Positions 27,478-37,584 are shown, counted from the first letter of the stretch. The stretch: DNA of 64,000 bases from Candidatus Marinacidobacterales bacterium (GCA_965197495.1 OZ240210.1:2876671-2940670), one strand, 5' to 3'. Made by a program: numbers and translations. Notes: generated from the sequence alone by a model not told the origin.

Positions 27478-29205
27478 AATAACGCTGACGACAAGTCCAA
27501 AGTCGGTCGAGATTGGACCGCCTTCGTTGTCGCGTGGATCCCCTACTCGTTGTTGACCTATAGATTTTGGCACAACATCGACGACGCCTTCATCAGTTTC
27601 CGTTACGCGAAGAACTGGGCGATGGGATACGGCCTCCGCTACAACGTGGGGCCTCAGCAACCGGAAGAGGGATACAGCAACTTCCTGTGGGTCGTAGTGT
27701 GCACGTTTGTCGAGTACTTGGAACTCGACATTACTTTCTGGGCACCGATGCTCGGTTTCGCCTGTGGCTCTTTGCTCTTGTACCTCGTTTTTCGAACGCT
27801 ACGGGGAGATTTCGGCATGGAGCTCGGTGTGGCTTTCTCCATCACCCTGGGCCTCGGCCTTTTCCCACCCTACGCTTTGTGGTCGACCGGTGGCATGGCC
27901 ACCATGGCGTTCGCCCTTTCCACCTTCGCGACAGCCTACTTTCTCGTTCTACGATCGGCGGGCATCGCGCCTTACTGCGGTGCGCTCGCCGGTGTGGCCA
28001 TGGCGTTGTTGCGTACCGAAGGCATTGCCTGGGCTTTGCTCATCGCCCTGCTGAGCATCGTCACCCGACGGATGAGAGGGGAAGCAGTCTGGCGACCGGT
28101 GGCCGTCTATATCGCGATCGTGGGCACCGCTTTCTCAGCCTATTTCGCATGGCGATATTCCTATTACCAGCTTCTCTTCCCCAATCCGGTCTACGCTAAG
28201 GTTGGTTTCAGCCCCGAAGTCGCACTGCGAGGCTTCCGCTACGTGGCCACCTTCGCTCTCACGTTTGTGACACCGCTTCTTTTGTTGCCGGCGGCTGGCT
28301 ATGTGGCCTGGCGGGAAGCACCGAAGCCGGTAGCGCTTGCCCTCGGGACCTTGAGCCTCGCATTTCCCGTCTACGCGGCGGCAATCGGCGGGGATTGGAT
28401 GCCCATGGAACGGTTTCTGATCCCCGGACTCGCCTTCGGAGTGCTCTTGATGGGATGGTTGGTGGCTCGGCTGTGGGAACGCCTGTCATCGCGCCTTGTG
28501 GTCATGGCGGTAGTGATAACGACGATCACGGTGGGTCTCCTTCCTGCATGGAACGTGCATCTGGTACCAGAGTCGGTGCGCCGCGTCTTTCATTTCCGCT
28601 ACTTTGGATGCTGCGGATATCTCACCGAGTACGATATGTGGAAGAGTGAAAACGACCAAGCCCAGGAAGAAGACAAGGAAGCAGCGCTGGCGCTGGAGAA
28701 GCGCTTTAAGCCAGGAGACAGCATCGTGTCCGGCCGTATAGGAGCACTCGGCTACTATTCCAACCTACACGTCTACGACCGCTTCGGTCTGGTCGACCGG
28801 CGCGTCGCGATGCTCCCCAGTACATTGGTCCGTTCCCCGGGGCATGACAAGAAGGCTTCGCTCAGATTCTTTTACTCGGACGAACCAACTATCCTGCGCA
28901 GCGAGAGGATCGACGGACCTCCACCTAGCCGAAAGAATCCAGGGTATCCGCTGATTCGGCGTGTCCGAATGAAAGCTGAGGAATGGAAGGAATGGTACCG
29001 CCCGTCGTGGCAGCGATACGTGCCAGAGGTTTTGCCTCTGAAACCGTCGCCAGACGGCAGCCCAAACGTGCTCATGGTCTGGCGGTTGATCGAGGAAGAG
29101 CCCCGTGTCGCCACACTTCCCCGTCCCGAGCGCGTCGCCACGCGCAAGAAGCGCGCTAGAAAAGTGTGGAATGACTTTTTCACTGGGTTGGATTCCGGGA
29201 CGTAG
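27478..29205 (+). CDS. Polytopic membrane glycosyltransferase (GT-C fold, ArnT/PMT/arabinosyltransferase-like)
   Basis: There are at least ten predicted TM helices in the first 400 aa, the extracytoplasmic motif NIDDAFISFRYAKNW sits near the first loop, and the C-terminal domain is soluble. The start may be 27421 or 27478. Confidence 0.5.
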   Translation, partial: NNADDKSKVGRDWTAFVVAWIPYSLLTYRFWHNIDDAFISFRYAKNWAMGYGLRYNVGPQQPEEGYSNFLWVVVCTFVEYLELDITFWAPMLGFACGSLLLYLVFRTLRGDFGMELGVAFSITLGLGLFPPYALWSTGGMATMAFALSTFATAYFLVLRSAGIAPYCGALAGVAMALLRTEGIAWALLIALLSIVTRRMRGEAVWRPVAVYIAIVGTAFSAYFAWRYSYYQLLFPNPVYAKVGFSPEVALRGFRYVATFALTFVTPLLLLPAAGYVAWREAPKPVALALGTLSLAFPVYAAAIGGDWMPMERFLIPGLAFGVLLMGWLVARLWERLSSRLVVMAVVITTITVGLLPAWNVHLVPESVRRVFHFRYFGCCGYLTEYDMWKSENDQAQEEDKEAALALEKRFKPGDSIVSGRIGALGYYSNLHVYDRFGLVDRRVAMLPSTLVRSPGHDKKASLRFFYSDEPTILRSERIDGPPPSRKNPGYPLIRRVRMKAEEWKEWYRPSWQRYVPEVLPLKPSPDGSPNVLMVWRLIEEEPRVATLPRPERVATRKKRARKVWNDFFTGLDSGT

Positions 29206-29452
29206 GTCGTGCCGATGTCGTATTGCGCCTGGTAGCGCTCGATGTTCCGCCATAAATCGGCAAGCCCGCAGTGCAAGCCAACGGGCGTGGTGCTGTTGTG
29301 AATCTCGGTAATTTGACAGCAATGGCACCGCCCGCGTGGGCGGAGGTCATCGGGGAGTGACCGAAATCGTTCGTTCACTCGAAAGTACCCCATGGACTCA
29401 TCTCCTCGGCTCCACGCCCGCGTGCGGCGTCTCACCGCGCGGCAGGCACGCA

Positions 29453-30885
29453 CCCCGTCCTGTGCCAAAACTCGGCCCTTTTGAAATAGGCCATAAATCA
29501 GCAGCTTAGTGTCTGTGTTTGCGACCGGACCAAGGGCCGTAGGCTTTACAATCGTCTGGCCCGAGGGTGTTATCTTCAGCTCCATGATGACGTACCACGT
29601 GCAATTCCTACTGCTCGTTCTAGCTGGCTGGGTCAACCGCCAGCAGCAGGATGTGATCGACTACCAGCAAGAGGAGAACCGTGTGCTCCGAGCCGGGCTT
29701 CGGGGCAAGCGTCTCAGGCTCTCGGACGACGAGCGGCGCAGGCTCGCGGTCAAGGCCCAGGCTTTGGGCCGCGAGGCGCTGGCCCAGATTGCGTCCGTTG
29801 CCACACCCGCTACGCTTCTGCGTTGGTACCGCTGCCTCATCGCAGCCAAGTACGATGGCAGCAAGAACCGGAGTCCAGGCCGACCTCCGACGGCGAAGGA
29901 CATCCGTGAGCTCATTGTGCGCGTGGCGCGGGAGAACCCGACGTGGGGATATACGCGCCTGCGAGGCGCACTCAAGAACCTAGGACATGAACTCGGACGC
30001 AACACTATCAAGAGGATCCTCGCCGAGCACGGTATCGCTCCTGCGCCGGAGCGGGGCAAGAGCATGTCGTGGAGCACCTTCATCAAGGCTCATTGGGGCG
30101 CCATCGCTGCGACAGACCTGTTCACCGTCGAGGTTGTGAACCCGTTCGGGCTCGTCCGCTACCATGTCCTGTTTGTCATCGATATCGCCACTCGCTGCGT
30201 GTGCATCGGTGGGATAACGTCGGACCCCAACGGGGAGTGGATGAAGCAGGTAGCAAGAAACCTCACTGACATGTGGGATGGTTTCCTCCTTGGCAAGCGA
30301 TACCTCATCCACGACCGGGACCCGCTATTCACCGAGGCAGTACGTGGGCTGTTGAGAGATTCAGGCGTGAAGCCCCTTCGCCTTCCCGCTAATAGTCCGA
30401 ACCTGAACGCATATGCGGAAAGATTCGTTCTCTCCATACGTCGAGAGTGTCTCGACCGCTTCGTACCTCTCAGTGAGCGACACCTGCGCACAGCGGTAAC
30501 CGAATACGTAGTGCACTATCACACAGAACGGAACCACCAAGGTCTCGGCAACGAGCTCCTCACACCTCTGCCGGCAAGCGCGAATGACGCTGGCCCCATC
30601 GTGTCGCGAGAGCGACTTGGGGGCATTCTCAACTACTACTACCGTGCCGCGTAGATGGTCGCCGGCGACGGTAGCCCCTCGGCGGGCTCGACCGGCGTAG
30701 CGTGGAACAGCTTCAGGAACATGCTTCGATATTCGCTCTCGACTAGGTGGTCATCTGCATGGTGACGACCCGCCCGCCCAAGACGATTGTAAAGCCCACG
30801 GCCCTTGGCCCGGTCGCAAACACAGACACTAAGTTGCTGATTTATGGCCTATTTCAAAAGGGCCGAGTTTTGGCACAGGACGGGG
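29453..30885 (+). mobile_element. IS481-like element copy 2, intact (1433 bp), with about 110-bp terminal IRs beginning CCCCGTCCTGTGCC
   Basis: It has a complete single transposase ORF, and its IRs are near-perfect inverted copies over about 110 bp (e.g. ...cagcagcttagtgtctgtgtttgcgaccgg / rc of ...ccggtcgcaaacacagacactaagttgctg). Confidence 0.85.
29578..30654 (+). CDS. IS481-family DDE transposase with an integrase core domain
   Basis: It has an HTH N-terminus ([25 protein letters not shown]), a DDE core (LFVIDIATR...IHDRD...FTE) and an rve C-terminus ([17 protein letters not shown]). The start may be 29509 or the MMTYH Met at 29578. Confidence 0.85.
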   Translation, partial: SSMMTYHVQFLLLVLAGWVNRQQQDVIDYQQEENRVLRAGLRGKRLRLSDDERRRLAVKAQALGREALAQIASVATPATLLRWYRCLIAAKYDGSKNRSPGRPPTAKDIRELIVRVARENPTWGYTRLRGALKNLGHELGRNTIKRILAEHGIAPAPERGKSMSWSTFIKAHWGAIAATDLFTVEVVNPFGLVRYHVLFVIDIATRCVCIGGITSDPNGEWMKQVARNLTDMWDGFLLGKRYLIHDRDPLFTEAVRGLLRDSGVKPLRLPANSPNLNAYAERFVLSIRRECLDRFVPLSERHLRTAVTEYVVHYHTERNHQGLGNELLTPLPASANDAGPIVSRERLGGILNYYYRAA

Positions 30886-31013
30886 TGGCGGATGGTGCAG
30901 GTTGGAGCTATCCGGTCTCGGCTGGAAACTCTAAACTGAAGTTCCTGGCTGAAAAAGCCAAGATCCGGTGTTGATCCAATGAGATAGTTGGAATCAATGG
31001 TGCTGGCTTCTGT

Positions 31014-32993
31014 CTACACGGTGATACCTTTGAGCAGGTCGTAGGCTCTCTGCTGTTTCGAGTCCGGAGTTGTCGTGACATCGAAGGTGGGCTCGTCGGG
31101 TCCGGCTTCCGGTCGCCGACATTTGTTTCGGACGATGTTGCTGAGAAGGCGCAGCAGCGTGCGGAAGCTGGAAGCTCGACTCCCATCGTCAAGCTTCTTG
31201 GTTTGTATCTTGCGCAGGGCGGCCTCGGAGCGCTTCGCCGGAGCGACGGGGTCACGCTCGGCCTTCGCCTGCTGCTCCTCGTCAGAGAATACTAGCGGGC
31301 GCCAAACCTCCATCATGTGCCACAGGACGTAGTAGGCCAGCATGCACAAGAAGATGTGCGCCCGGACTCGGTTTTCGCGCCGGTGACGAATCGGCCGCAC
31401 CTTTAGGTCCATGCTCTTGAAGGAACGAAACGCCCTCTCGACCTGGGTCAGCAACTTGTAGCTGCGCACTGTGTCGTCGGTTTTCATCCGCTGCTCAGCA
31501 AGACTGGTGCGGATCACGTAGATGCCGTCAAGGGCAGCTTCCGTAGTGACCTTTGTGTCGTCGATTTCGAAGCTAAAGCGGTCGTCGCGAATGTCCAGCT
31601 TGAAGTGCTTGCCGACTTTGTACTTGTTGAGAACTCTGCCTACCCGCACACCGATTTTATCTTTACCATGCAGCTGACCCCGCCCGATCCGTTGGCGAAT
31701 CCCTCCGAACTGCTTAGCGATCGTCCCCATGTGTCGCTTCCACCGCTGGAGCCGTTTGTTGGCGAGCTCAGAGTTGCCGTTGGCGAGGCGCGAGGCGTCG
31801 GCATCCATCGTTGTCTCGTCTAGCTCGAAGTCGAAACCGTCGTCACGGATGTCGAGCCTGTAGTACCTGCCGACCTTGTACTTGTTGAGGAGCTTTTTCA
31901 CTGCAGCACGGATGTCCTCCTTGCCCTGCAAACGGCGCCGCTCGACCATCCGACAAACTTTCTCCAGCTCCTTGCAGGTCGCTTCGAGCAGAGCACGGCG
32001 CTTGTGACGCCGCCTCTCGGCCAGCTCCGGATTGCGGCAAGCGACCAGCCTCTCGTTGGGGAAATCCGGGTGCGTCACCTCAAACAGATTCCGCTCGTCG
32101 AATAGCCCCATCTGGAGCACCCCATCGTTGATGAGCTTGCGAATCGGTTCGGGACGCAGAGCGGTAATCCAGTCGACACCGTCCATCTCCCGCAACTCGT
32201 CGATCTGGGTCTGGGTGATCATTCCGCGGTCGCCCACCATCACAAACTGCTCGATGCCGAAGCGCTCTTGCACCTTTTCTACCTGAGGCAACAGCGTTTT
32301 GGGATCGCCCGTGTTGCCCTCAAAGACCGATACCGACACGGGGATGCCGCGTTCGTTGGTCAGCAGGCCGTAGTTGATCTGCAGCTTGCCTTTCTTGCCG
32401 TCACGGTCGTATCCGAGGCGGGCGATCGGACAACTCACCCCCTCGAAGTAGCTTGAGGTTAGGTCATAGAGCGCCAGGCCGTCGTTTTGGAGATGGCGCG
32501 CCGCGAGTTTTTTTTCGATGACCTCCTGGCGTTTGAGAACCCAGTCCATGGCGGCATAGAGATCGTCTTCGCGGGCATCGCTCACCCCCAGGATTTCGGG
32601 CAGTGTGGTTGTGTGCCACCACTGGCTAGTCGCCAGCTTCGACTGCGGTTCGAGGATCCGGGCGACTACCATGGCCACGACCAAATCCCGCTCTGGTGAG
32701 TGTCGAGAACCAACGAGCTTTTCGAAACCGAGCTGTCTCATGGCGCTGAGCACCGCGTCGACGTGGCCATGGTGCAGGGAGCCGTTCTCGACGATTTTGA
32801 AGGCGACTTCAACCGAGACGAGCTTTTCCCCTTTGAGAATGCGTCGGATGGCGTCGACTGCGTCCATGGGCAATTTGGACAAGTTAGCGAGCGTGCGCTT
32901 GCGGACGTTTCCGCCCACCCGATAGGACTCACGCAGCAGGACCGCGGGGGTAGAGTTGCGATTGGGGATGATGTGGGTATGCATGCCCACCAT
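31014..32993 (-). CDS. IS1634-family (IS4 superfamily) transposase, 659 aa
   Basis: It has the N-terminus MHTHIIPNRNSTPAVLLRESYRVGGNVRKRTLANL, a central YDLTSSYFEG...MVGDRGM and a C-terminal YKLLTQVERAFRSFKSMDLKVRPIRHRRENRVRAHIFLCMLAYYV; element ends were not defined. Confidence 0.8.
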   Translation of the reverse strand: MVGMHTHIIPNRNSTPAVLLRESYRVGGNVRKRTLANLSKLPMDAVDAIRRILKGEKLVSVEVAFKIVENGSLHHGHVDAVLSAMRQLGFEKLVGSRHSPERDLVVAMVVARILEPQSKLATSQWWHTTTLPEILGVSDAREDDLYAAMDWVLKRQEVIEKKLAARHLQNDGLALYDLTSSYFEGVSCPIARLGYDRDGKKGKLQINYGLLTNERGIPVSVSVFEGNTGDPKTLLPQVEKVQERFGIEQFVMVGDRGMITQTQIDELREMDGVDWITALRPEPIRKLINDGVLQMGLFDERNLFEVTHPDFPNERLVACRNPELAERRRHKRRALLEATCKELEKVCRMVERRRLQGKEDIRAAVKKLLNKYKVGRYYRLDIRDDGFDFELDETTMDADASRLANGNSELANKRLQRWKRHMGTIAKQFGGIRQRIGRGQLHGKDKIGVRVGRVLNKYKVGKHFKLDIRDDRFSFEIDDTKVTTEAALDGIYVIRTSLAEQRMKTDDTVRSYKLLTQVERAFRSFKSMDLKVRPIRHRRENRVRAHIFLCMLAYYVLWHMMEVWRPLVFSDEEQQAKAERDPVAPAKRSEAALRKIQTKKLDDGSRASSFRTLLRLLSNIVRNKCRRPEAGPDEPTFDVTTTPDSKQQRAYDLLKGITV

Positions 32994-33440
32994 AATAGCC
33001 TATGTATCAATGTGTATCAAATCATAAAAGGCTTTAGACATGCCTACATATTGCAACCCAAAATTAGCCTCTCGGCGTCCCTAAAGACGCGTAATCATTG
33101 GGGATTCACACTGTCAGTGGGTTCATTCGACCAAGGAACTTCAGTCTAAAACAAAGAAGTGACTCGACCTCGGCGGGGACCTTCGGTGTTATCTAAAATG
33201 GCTGGTGCTCGACGATTGAATGCCGGTCCAGGTCGGACTGTACCCTTCGCAGATGATGGACATGAGAGGGGCAATTTTTACAGTTTTTACAGTATCTCCC
33301 AGGAGGCGGTGTGCGCTCCCGTCGTGTCCAAAAACACAAACGAACTCAAGCCCCGCGCACCGGGCCTTCGGTCACTACCCTCCCCATTCTCCGAAACAAG
33401 AACTCTGAATCCGTAGACCTGAGATGCCCGTCCCTGTGAA

Positions 33441-33890
33441 TCATTCGGCGGTGCCATCGGGGGCCACACCGTCTAGGATCGCCCACGCGATACTCCGCTG
33501 CGCATCGCCGAGCCAGTCTAAGACCTTGAGCGCGTCCAGCATATCCGGCGTAAGCCACACCCCAAGCCAGGGGAGCTCCACATGTTGAGCGGCGACCGCG
33601 CCTTGAGCCACAAGCCAGGCCCGGCCCTGCCACGCCGAGGCCGTGTCTGTAGCCACGACACACCGGACGAGCGGGAGCCGTCGTTTGGAAAGCGTGAACG
33701 CCGCTCCCCCCGTCCACTCCTGGTCCACCGAGACAAAGTAACCCGGAAAATTGGGAAGCTTTGCACGTCCCCGCGCCCGAGCTCGGGTCAGGGCAGGGAC
33801 GAGCTCGACCAGGATCTCATCAGAGACCTCAGACCTCGGGGAGCGCCGGACGTGTCCCGTGTTCAACGTCACATGATTCAAATAGTCCAC
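33441..33890 (-). CDS. Hypothetical 149-aa protein
   Basis: It is an ORF only (MDYLNHVTLNTGHVRRSPRSEV...) with no recognisable family, and it sits between short repeats. Confidence 0.3.
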   Translation of the reverse strand: MDYLNHVTLNTGHVRRSPRSEVSDEILVELVPALTRARARGRAKLPNFPGYFVSVDQEWTGGAAFTLSKRRLPLVRCVVATDTASAWQGRAWLVAQGAVAAQHVELPWLGVWLTPDMLDALKVLDWLGDAQRSIAWAILDGVAPDGTAE

Positions 33891-34009
33891 TCGCCCTCCC
33901 TTACCCCTCGCCCGCTCTTCCGAGCGCCTGTCTTCGAGTTCTGCTCGCGAGGTCTGCCATCCGTAAGAAAGAAGATTGCGTAACGCTGGATCGACTTTTT
34001 GCGGAGCAC

Positions 34010-34140
34010 AGCTGGATCGGCGTCCTCATGACCGAGGATTCTAGCTTCCATTGGCCAACCAAGCGTATACACGTCTATTCCGAAACAGCCCGGCGAGCCG
34101 CTCTTGAGTTCGTTTGTATTTTTGGACACGACGGGCCACC
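34010..34140 (-). repeat. Repeat A long form (about 130 bp), inverted relative to the copy at 36803-36930
   Basis: The reverse complement reads ccgtcgtgtccaaaaatacaaacgaactcaagagcggctcgccgggctgtttcggaatagacgtgtatacgcttggttggccaatggaagctagaatcctcggtcatgaggacgccgatccagc, which is about 88% identical to 36803-36930. Confidence 0.7.
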
Positions 34141-34181
34141 AGCGTCATTCGCGGTCCTGCTCACCTTGATGGCCTTGGGCG

Positions 34182-36824
34182 TTAGAAGTTGAGGAGGGCC
34201 TTCACGCCCAAGGTTCGCGGTGGGTTGGTCAGGAAGAAGATCCGGGCGCGGGTTCCGCGCTCGCGGTCGAACGACAGAAGAGCCCGCTCGTCGGTCAGGT
34301 TGTTGATGTACAACGACACGTCCCACTTCTCGCGACGAACGCCGACGCGCAGGTTGAGGAAGTTGTAGGCCGGCAGCTTGGGATCGTATGTGAAGGTATC
34401 CTGCGTAAGCGGGGCACCGATGGTGTTGGCTCCGAAAGAGAGCAGGTCCAACGTGCCGAGGTCCTGGTCGCCGACTTGGGTAAAGCGGTCGCCGACGTGC
34501 TGGTAAGTAGCGGTCACGTAGGGCACCGACTCCCCCGTCTGCCACTGGTAGGTGGCTGCGGCGGCAAGCTGGAACCGGGGCACGGTCGGCAGCAGCCGCC
34601 CACCCACGATTCCCGTTGCCGAGGTCGGCTCCACGGTGGACTGCAGTTTCGAATCGTTGATGCTCGTGGAGATGGCAAAGTCGAAATTGCTGCTCGGCGC
34701 GAGCTCGAAATCCAACTCGACACCGGTGCTGCGGGAGTCGGGGACGTTGAAGATGAGGCGGGAGGAACAGGATCCGGCGGTCACCGTCGCCTGGAGGTCG
34801 CTGATGTCCATGTAATACACGGCCACGTTCACGGAACCGCGGTTGTTCAGAAGCCTGGACTTGGTGCCGACCTCGTAGTTCCAGGTCGTCTCGTCCTCCC
34901 AGTTCTCCCGGCCGCCGAAAGTGGCGCGGTCCTCGGGAGTGCACAAAGGCACGTTGAGCGGGTCGTTGATGCCGCCGAGCCGGAAGCCCTTCGAGACTTG
35001 GCCGTTGAGGATGGTCTGGTCACTCAGATCGTAGCTGAGAATCACGCGCGGCGCCACGCCGTTGGCTGTGGTGGAGCCGGGCTGCGACACCAGGGAGACA
35101 CCGTTGTTGTCGTTACCGAAGATACCGTCGAAGCTCTGCTCCTTGTCCTCCGAGAAACGGTAGAAGCGCAGGCCGCCGGTGAGGCGGAACCGGTCGGTTA
35201 TGGACACGGTCGCTTCACCGAAGAGCGCGAACTGGTTGAGCTTGTAGCCGAGGTCTGAGAAGAACAGGCTGTCCTTCGGCGCCCGCAGTCCTTGCGTGGG
35301 GATCCCGGTCAGATCCTCGAAGCCGGTCACCGGCAGGTTCTGGCCGTAGTCGCGGTCGGTGTAGCTGTAGAAGCCGCCGCCCACCCACTGGACGCGGTCG
35401 CTGTCGCCCGACAGGCGTAGCTCCTGCGTGAAGACGTTCGCGACGGTGGCGTCAAACAGCGGCGTGTCGAGGGTGTACACCTCCTCCGGCAGGCCGATGC
35501 TCCCGCCCGTGATGCTGGCGCCCAGCGCGGTGGTGTCGCGTATCACCAGAACGTCGCGATAGATATAGGAGGTGATCGAAGTGAGCACGACATTACCGAA
35601 GTCGTAATGGAAATTCACGTCGGCGAGCACGAAGTCATCGGTGAAGTCTTCCTGGAGCTGGACGAACTGCTCGCGCTCACCAAACGTGACGGCGGGCCGG
35701 GTGGTGGTGAACGGGTTCGCCAGGATGTTGAACTCGTCGACGCGGTTCCAGCCGTCCGTCTCCATCCTCTGATAGATGATGCGCGGGGTGATCGCGAACT
35801 GATCGTTGGGTGCTATCGTGACTGCTACCCGCCCCCCGTAGCGTTTGCCGGTGTTGACGTTGTCGTCGATGCTGAGGTCCGGCCGAACCTCGCCGATGAA
35901 GCCGGGGACCCGGGTGTAGTAACCCACGACGCGGACGGCAGCGGTGTCGCTGATGGGCGCGTTGAAGCCCAACTTGACGTTGCCTCCCGGGCTACCAGTA
36001 TTCGTCACGCCACCGCCAAACTCGGCAAACCCTTCGGTCACACCCAGCTCCGGGTAGTTGCTGATGTAACGGACCGTTCCCGAGAGGGAGCCGGAGCCGA
36101 ACAGCGTTCCCTGCGGGCCCCGCAGCACCTCGATGCGGTTCACGTCGAACAGGTCGAGGTCGGGCGTGAACAGTGAGAGGGAGATCACGGACTCGTCCAG
36201 GTACACACCGACCTGTTCCTTGACCCCCGGCTGATCGCGCACGATCTGGCCGGCGGAGATACCTCGCATCGCGACCTGGCTCTGGCCGGGGCCCAGGCTT
36301 TGTACGGTGAACCCGGCTACGTTGGCAGCCACGTCTTCGATGGTCTGAGCGCCCCGGTCGCGCAGGACATCCTCGGTCGGTGCCGCCACCGAAAACGGAA
36401 CGTCGTGCACCAACTCCTCGCGCTTGAGGGAGGTGACTGTGACCTGTTCCGCGAACGGCGCGACCGCGAGGATGACGTCCACGGTCAGGATTGTGCCGGC
36501 TTCAAGGGTGAGGTCCCTTCGGGTGTGCTCGGCAAAGCCCTGGAGCGTTACTGTCAGGGAGTAGATGCCGGGGGCCAGGCTAATGGAGTAGCTGCCGTCG
36601 CTTGAGGTTGTGGCCGCACGTCGGGCGTTGGTTGCCTGGTTAGTGATCGTAACCGCAGCGCCCGGCACGAGAGCACCGAGTGTATCGCTCACTTTGCCTA
36701 TGATACGTCCCTCCGAAGACTGGGAGTAGCCGGGCAGGCCGTACAGCACGGCAGCCAGTACCACGAAGCTAAGAAACGAAAAGCGGCCCATACCTGATGT
36801 CACCCCGTCGTGTCCAAAACACAA
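34182..36824 (-). CDS. TonB-dependent outer-membrane receptor with an N-terminal carboxypeptidase-regulatory-like (CarbopepD_reg) domain
   Basis: It has a signal peptide, a SEGRIIGKVSDTLGALVPGAAVTITNQATNARRAATTSSDGSYSISLAPGIYSLTV domain, plug-domain motifs and an 880-aa barrel with a C-terminal ...GVKALLNF. Confidence 0.8.
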   Translation of the reverse strand: MCFGHDGVTSGMGRFSFLSFVVLAAVLYGLPGYSQSSEGRIIGKVSDTLGALVPGAAVTITNQATNARRAATTSSDGSYSISLAPGIYSLTVTLQGFAEHTRRDLTLEAGTILTVDVILAVAPFAEQVTVTSLKREELVHDVPFSVAAPTEDVLRDRGAQTIEDVAANVAGFTVQSLGPGQSQVAMRGISAGQIVRDQPGVKEQVGVYLDESVISLSLFTPDLDLFDVNRIEVLRGPQGTLFGSGSLSGTVRYISNYPELGVTEGFAEFGGGVTNTGSPGGNVKLGFNAPISDTAAVRVVGYYTRVPGFIGEVRPDLSIDDNVNTGKRYGGRVAVTIAPNDQFAITPRIIYQRMETDGWNRVDEFNILANPFTTTRPAVTFGEREQFVQLQEDFTDDFVLADVNFHYDFGNVVLTSITSYIYRDVLVIRDTTALGASITGGSIGLPEEVYTLDTPLFDATVANVFTQELRLSGDSDRVQWVGGGFYSYTDRDYGQNLPVTGFEDLTGIPTQGLRAPKDSLFFSDLGYKLNQFALFGEATVSITDRFRLTGGLRFYRFSEDKEQSFDGIFGNDNNGVSLVSQPGSTTANGVAPRVILSYDLSDQTILNGQVSKGFRLGGINDPLNVPLCTPEDRATFGGRENWEDETTWNYEVGTKSRLLNNRGSVNVAVYYMDISDLQATVTAGSCSSRLIFNVPDSRSTGVELDFELAPSSNFDFAISTSINDSKLQSTVEPTSATGIVGGRLLPTVPRFQLAAAATYQWQTGESVPYVTATYQHVGDRFTQVGDQDLGTLDLLSFGANTIGAPLTQDTFTYDPKLPAYNFLNLRVGVRREKWDVSLYINNLTDERALLSFDRERGTRARIFFLTNPPRTLGVKALLNF

Positions 36825-36930
36825 ACGAACTCAAGACCCACGCGCCGAGACGTTTCGGATGAGACATGTCTACGCTTGGTTCGCCAATGGAAGCTAGAAC
36901 CCTCGGTCATGAGCACGCCGATCCAGCCCT
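36803..36930 (+). repeat. Repeat A long form, plus a second short copy at 36962-37005
   Basis: This is the alignment described under 34010-34140. Confidence 0.7.
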
Positions 36931-37026
36931 TGACAGGGGCATCTTCGTGTACACACTGGCGCGTCGTGTCCAAAAACACAAACGAACTCAAGACCCGCCT
37001 GGGCTGCAACAAGCAGGTGCAGATGG

Positions 37027-37584
37027 CTAAACAGCCTGGAGGGCATAAGTGGCCAGCCCGATGGCCGCCACATGGTCGTTGCCCCCAACGACCTCGAGCC
37101 GGCAGGTGGCGAGCGAGCGTCCCTTGCGGACGACCTCTCCGATGGCGAGCAGGTCTTCCTGGACTCCCGCCAGCAAGCTCATCTTGAACTCCACCGTCTT
37201 GACCGTGGAGCCCGGCGAGACCGAACCCACCGCGAAGTTACCCGCCGTGTCCGCCAGCAGACCGATGAGACCCCCGTGGATGACGCCATGACTTTCTTCG
37301 AACTCGGCCCGAAACGGCAAACGCACGCGCGCCACGCCGTTCTCGCAAGAGCTGAGTGTCATGCCCAGGTAGCGGCTGATCGGAGCCGCCTCGAAGAGTT
37401 GTTTGAGTTTTTCGAGATGCGCGGAACGTTCCGTCGTTTCACCCACCCGCTGGTGGCGGACACCTTCGGGCAGAGGAACCGGCACCGGCTTGGGTTCATT
37501 GCGGGGAGCCGAACGAGGCCGTGCAGCGGCTTTCTTGCTAGCAGGCCCCGAAAGGATGTCTCTCTTCCTTGGTCCTTCTTTCAT
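37027..37584 (-). CDS. PaaI-family hotdog-fold thioesterase with an N-terminal basic extension
   Basis: The motif HGVIHGGLIGLLADTAGNFAV lies in a core of about 130 aa, preceded by a 50-aa Lys/Arg/Pro-rich extension. Confidence 0.7.
   Translation of the reverse strand: MKEGPRKRDILSGPASKKAAARPRSAPRNEPKPVPVPLPEGVRHQRVGETTERSAHLEKLKQLFEAAPISRYLGMTLSSCENGVARVRLPFRAEFEESHGVIHGGLIGLLADTAGNFAVGSVSPGSTVKTVEFKMSLLAGVQEDLLAIGEVVRKGRSLATCRLEVVGGNDHVAAIGLATYALQAV

Noticed and set aside
28872-29636. 254-aa minus-strand ORF containing a CHCC...C cluster, antisense to the 3' end of the GT-C glycosyltransferase
   Set aside because: It overlaps the better-supported GT-C gene and runs through the IS481 IR. 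It has no recognisable domain and is most likely a GC-driven spurious frame, although a real overlapping small gene cannot be excluded.
34075-34944. 289-aa Arg/Pro-rich minus-strand ORF
   Set aside because: It is the wrong frame of the TonB-dependent receptor gene.
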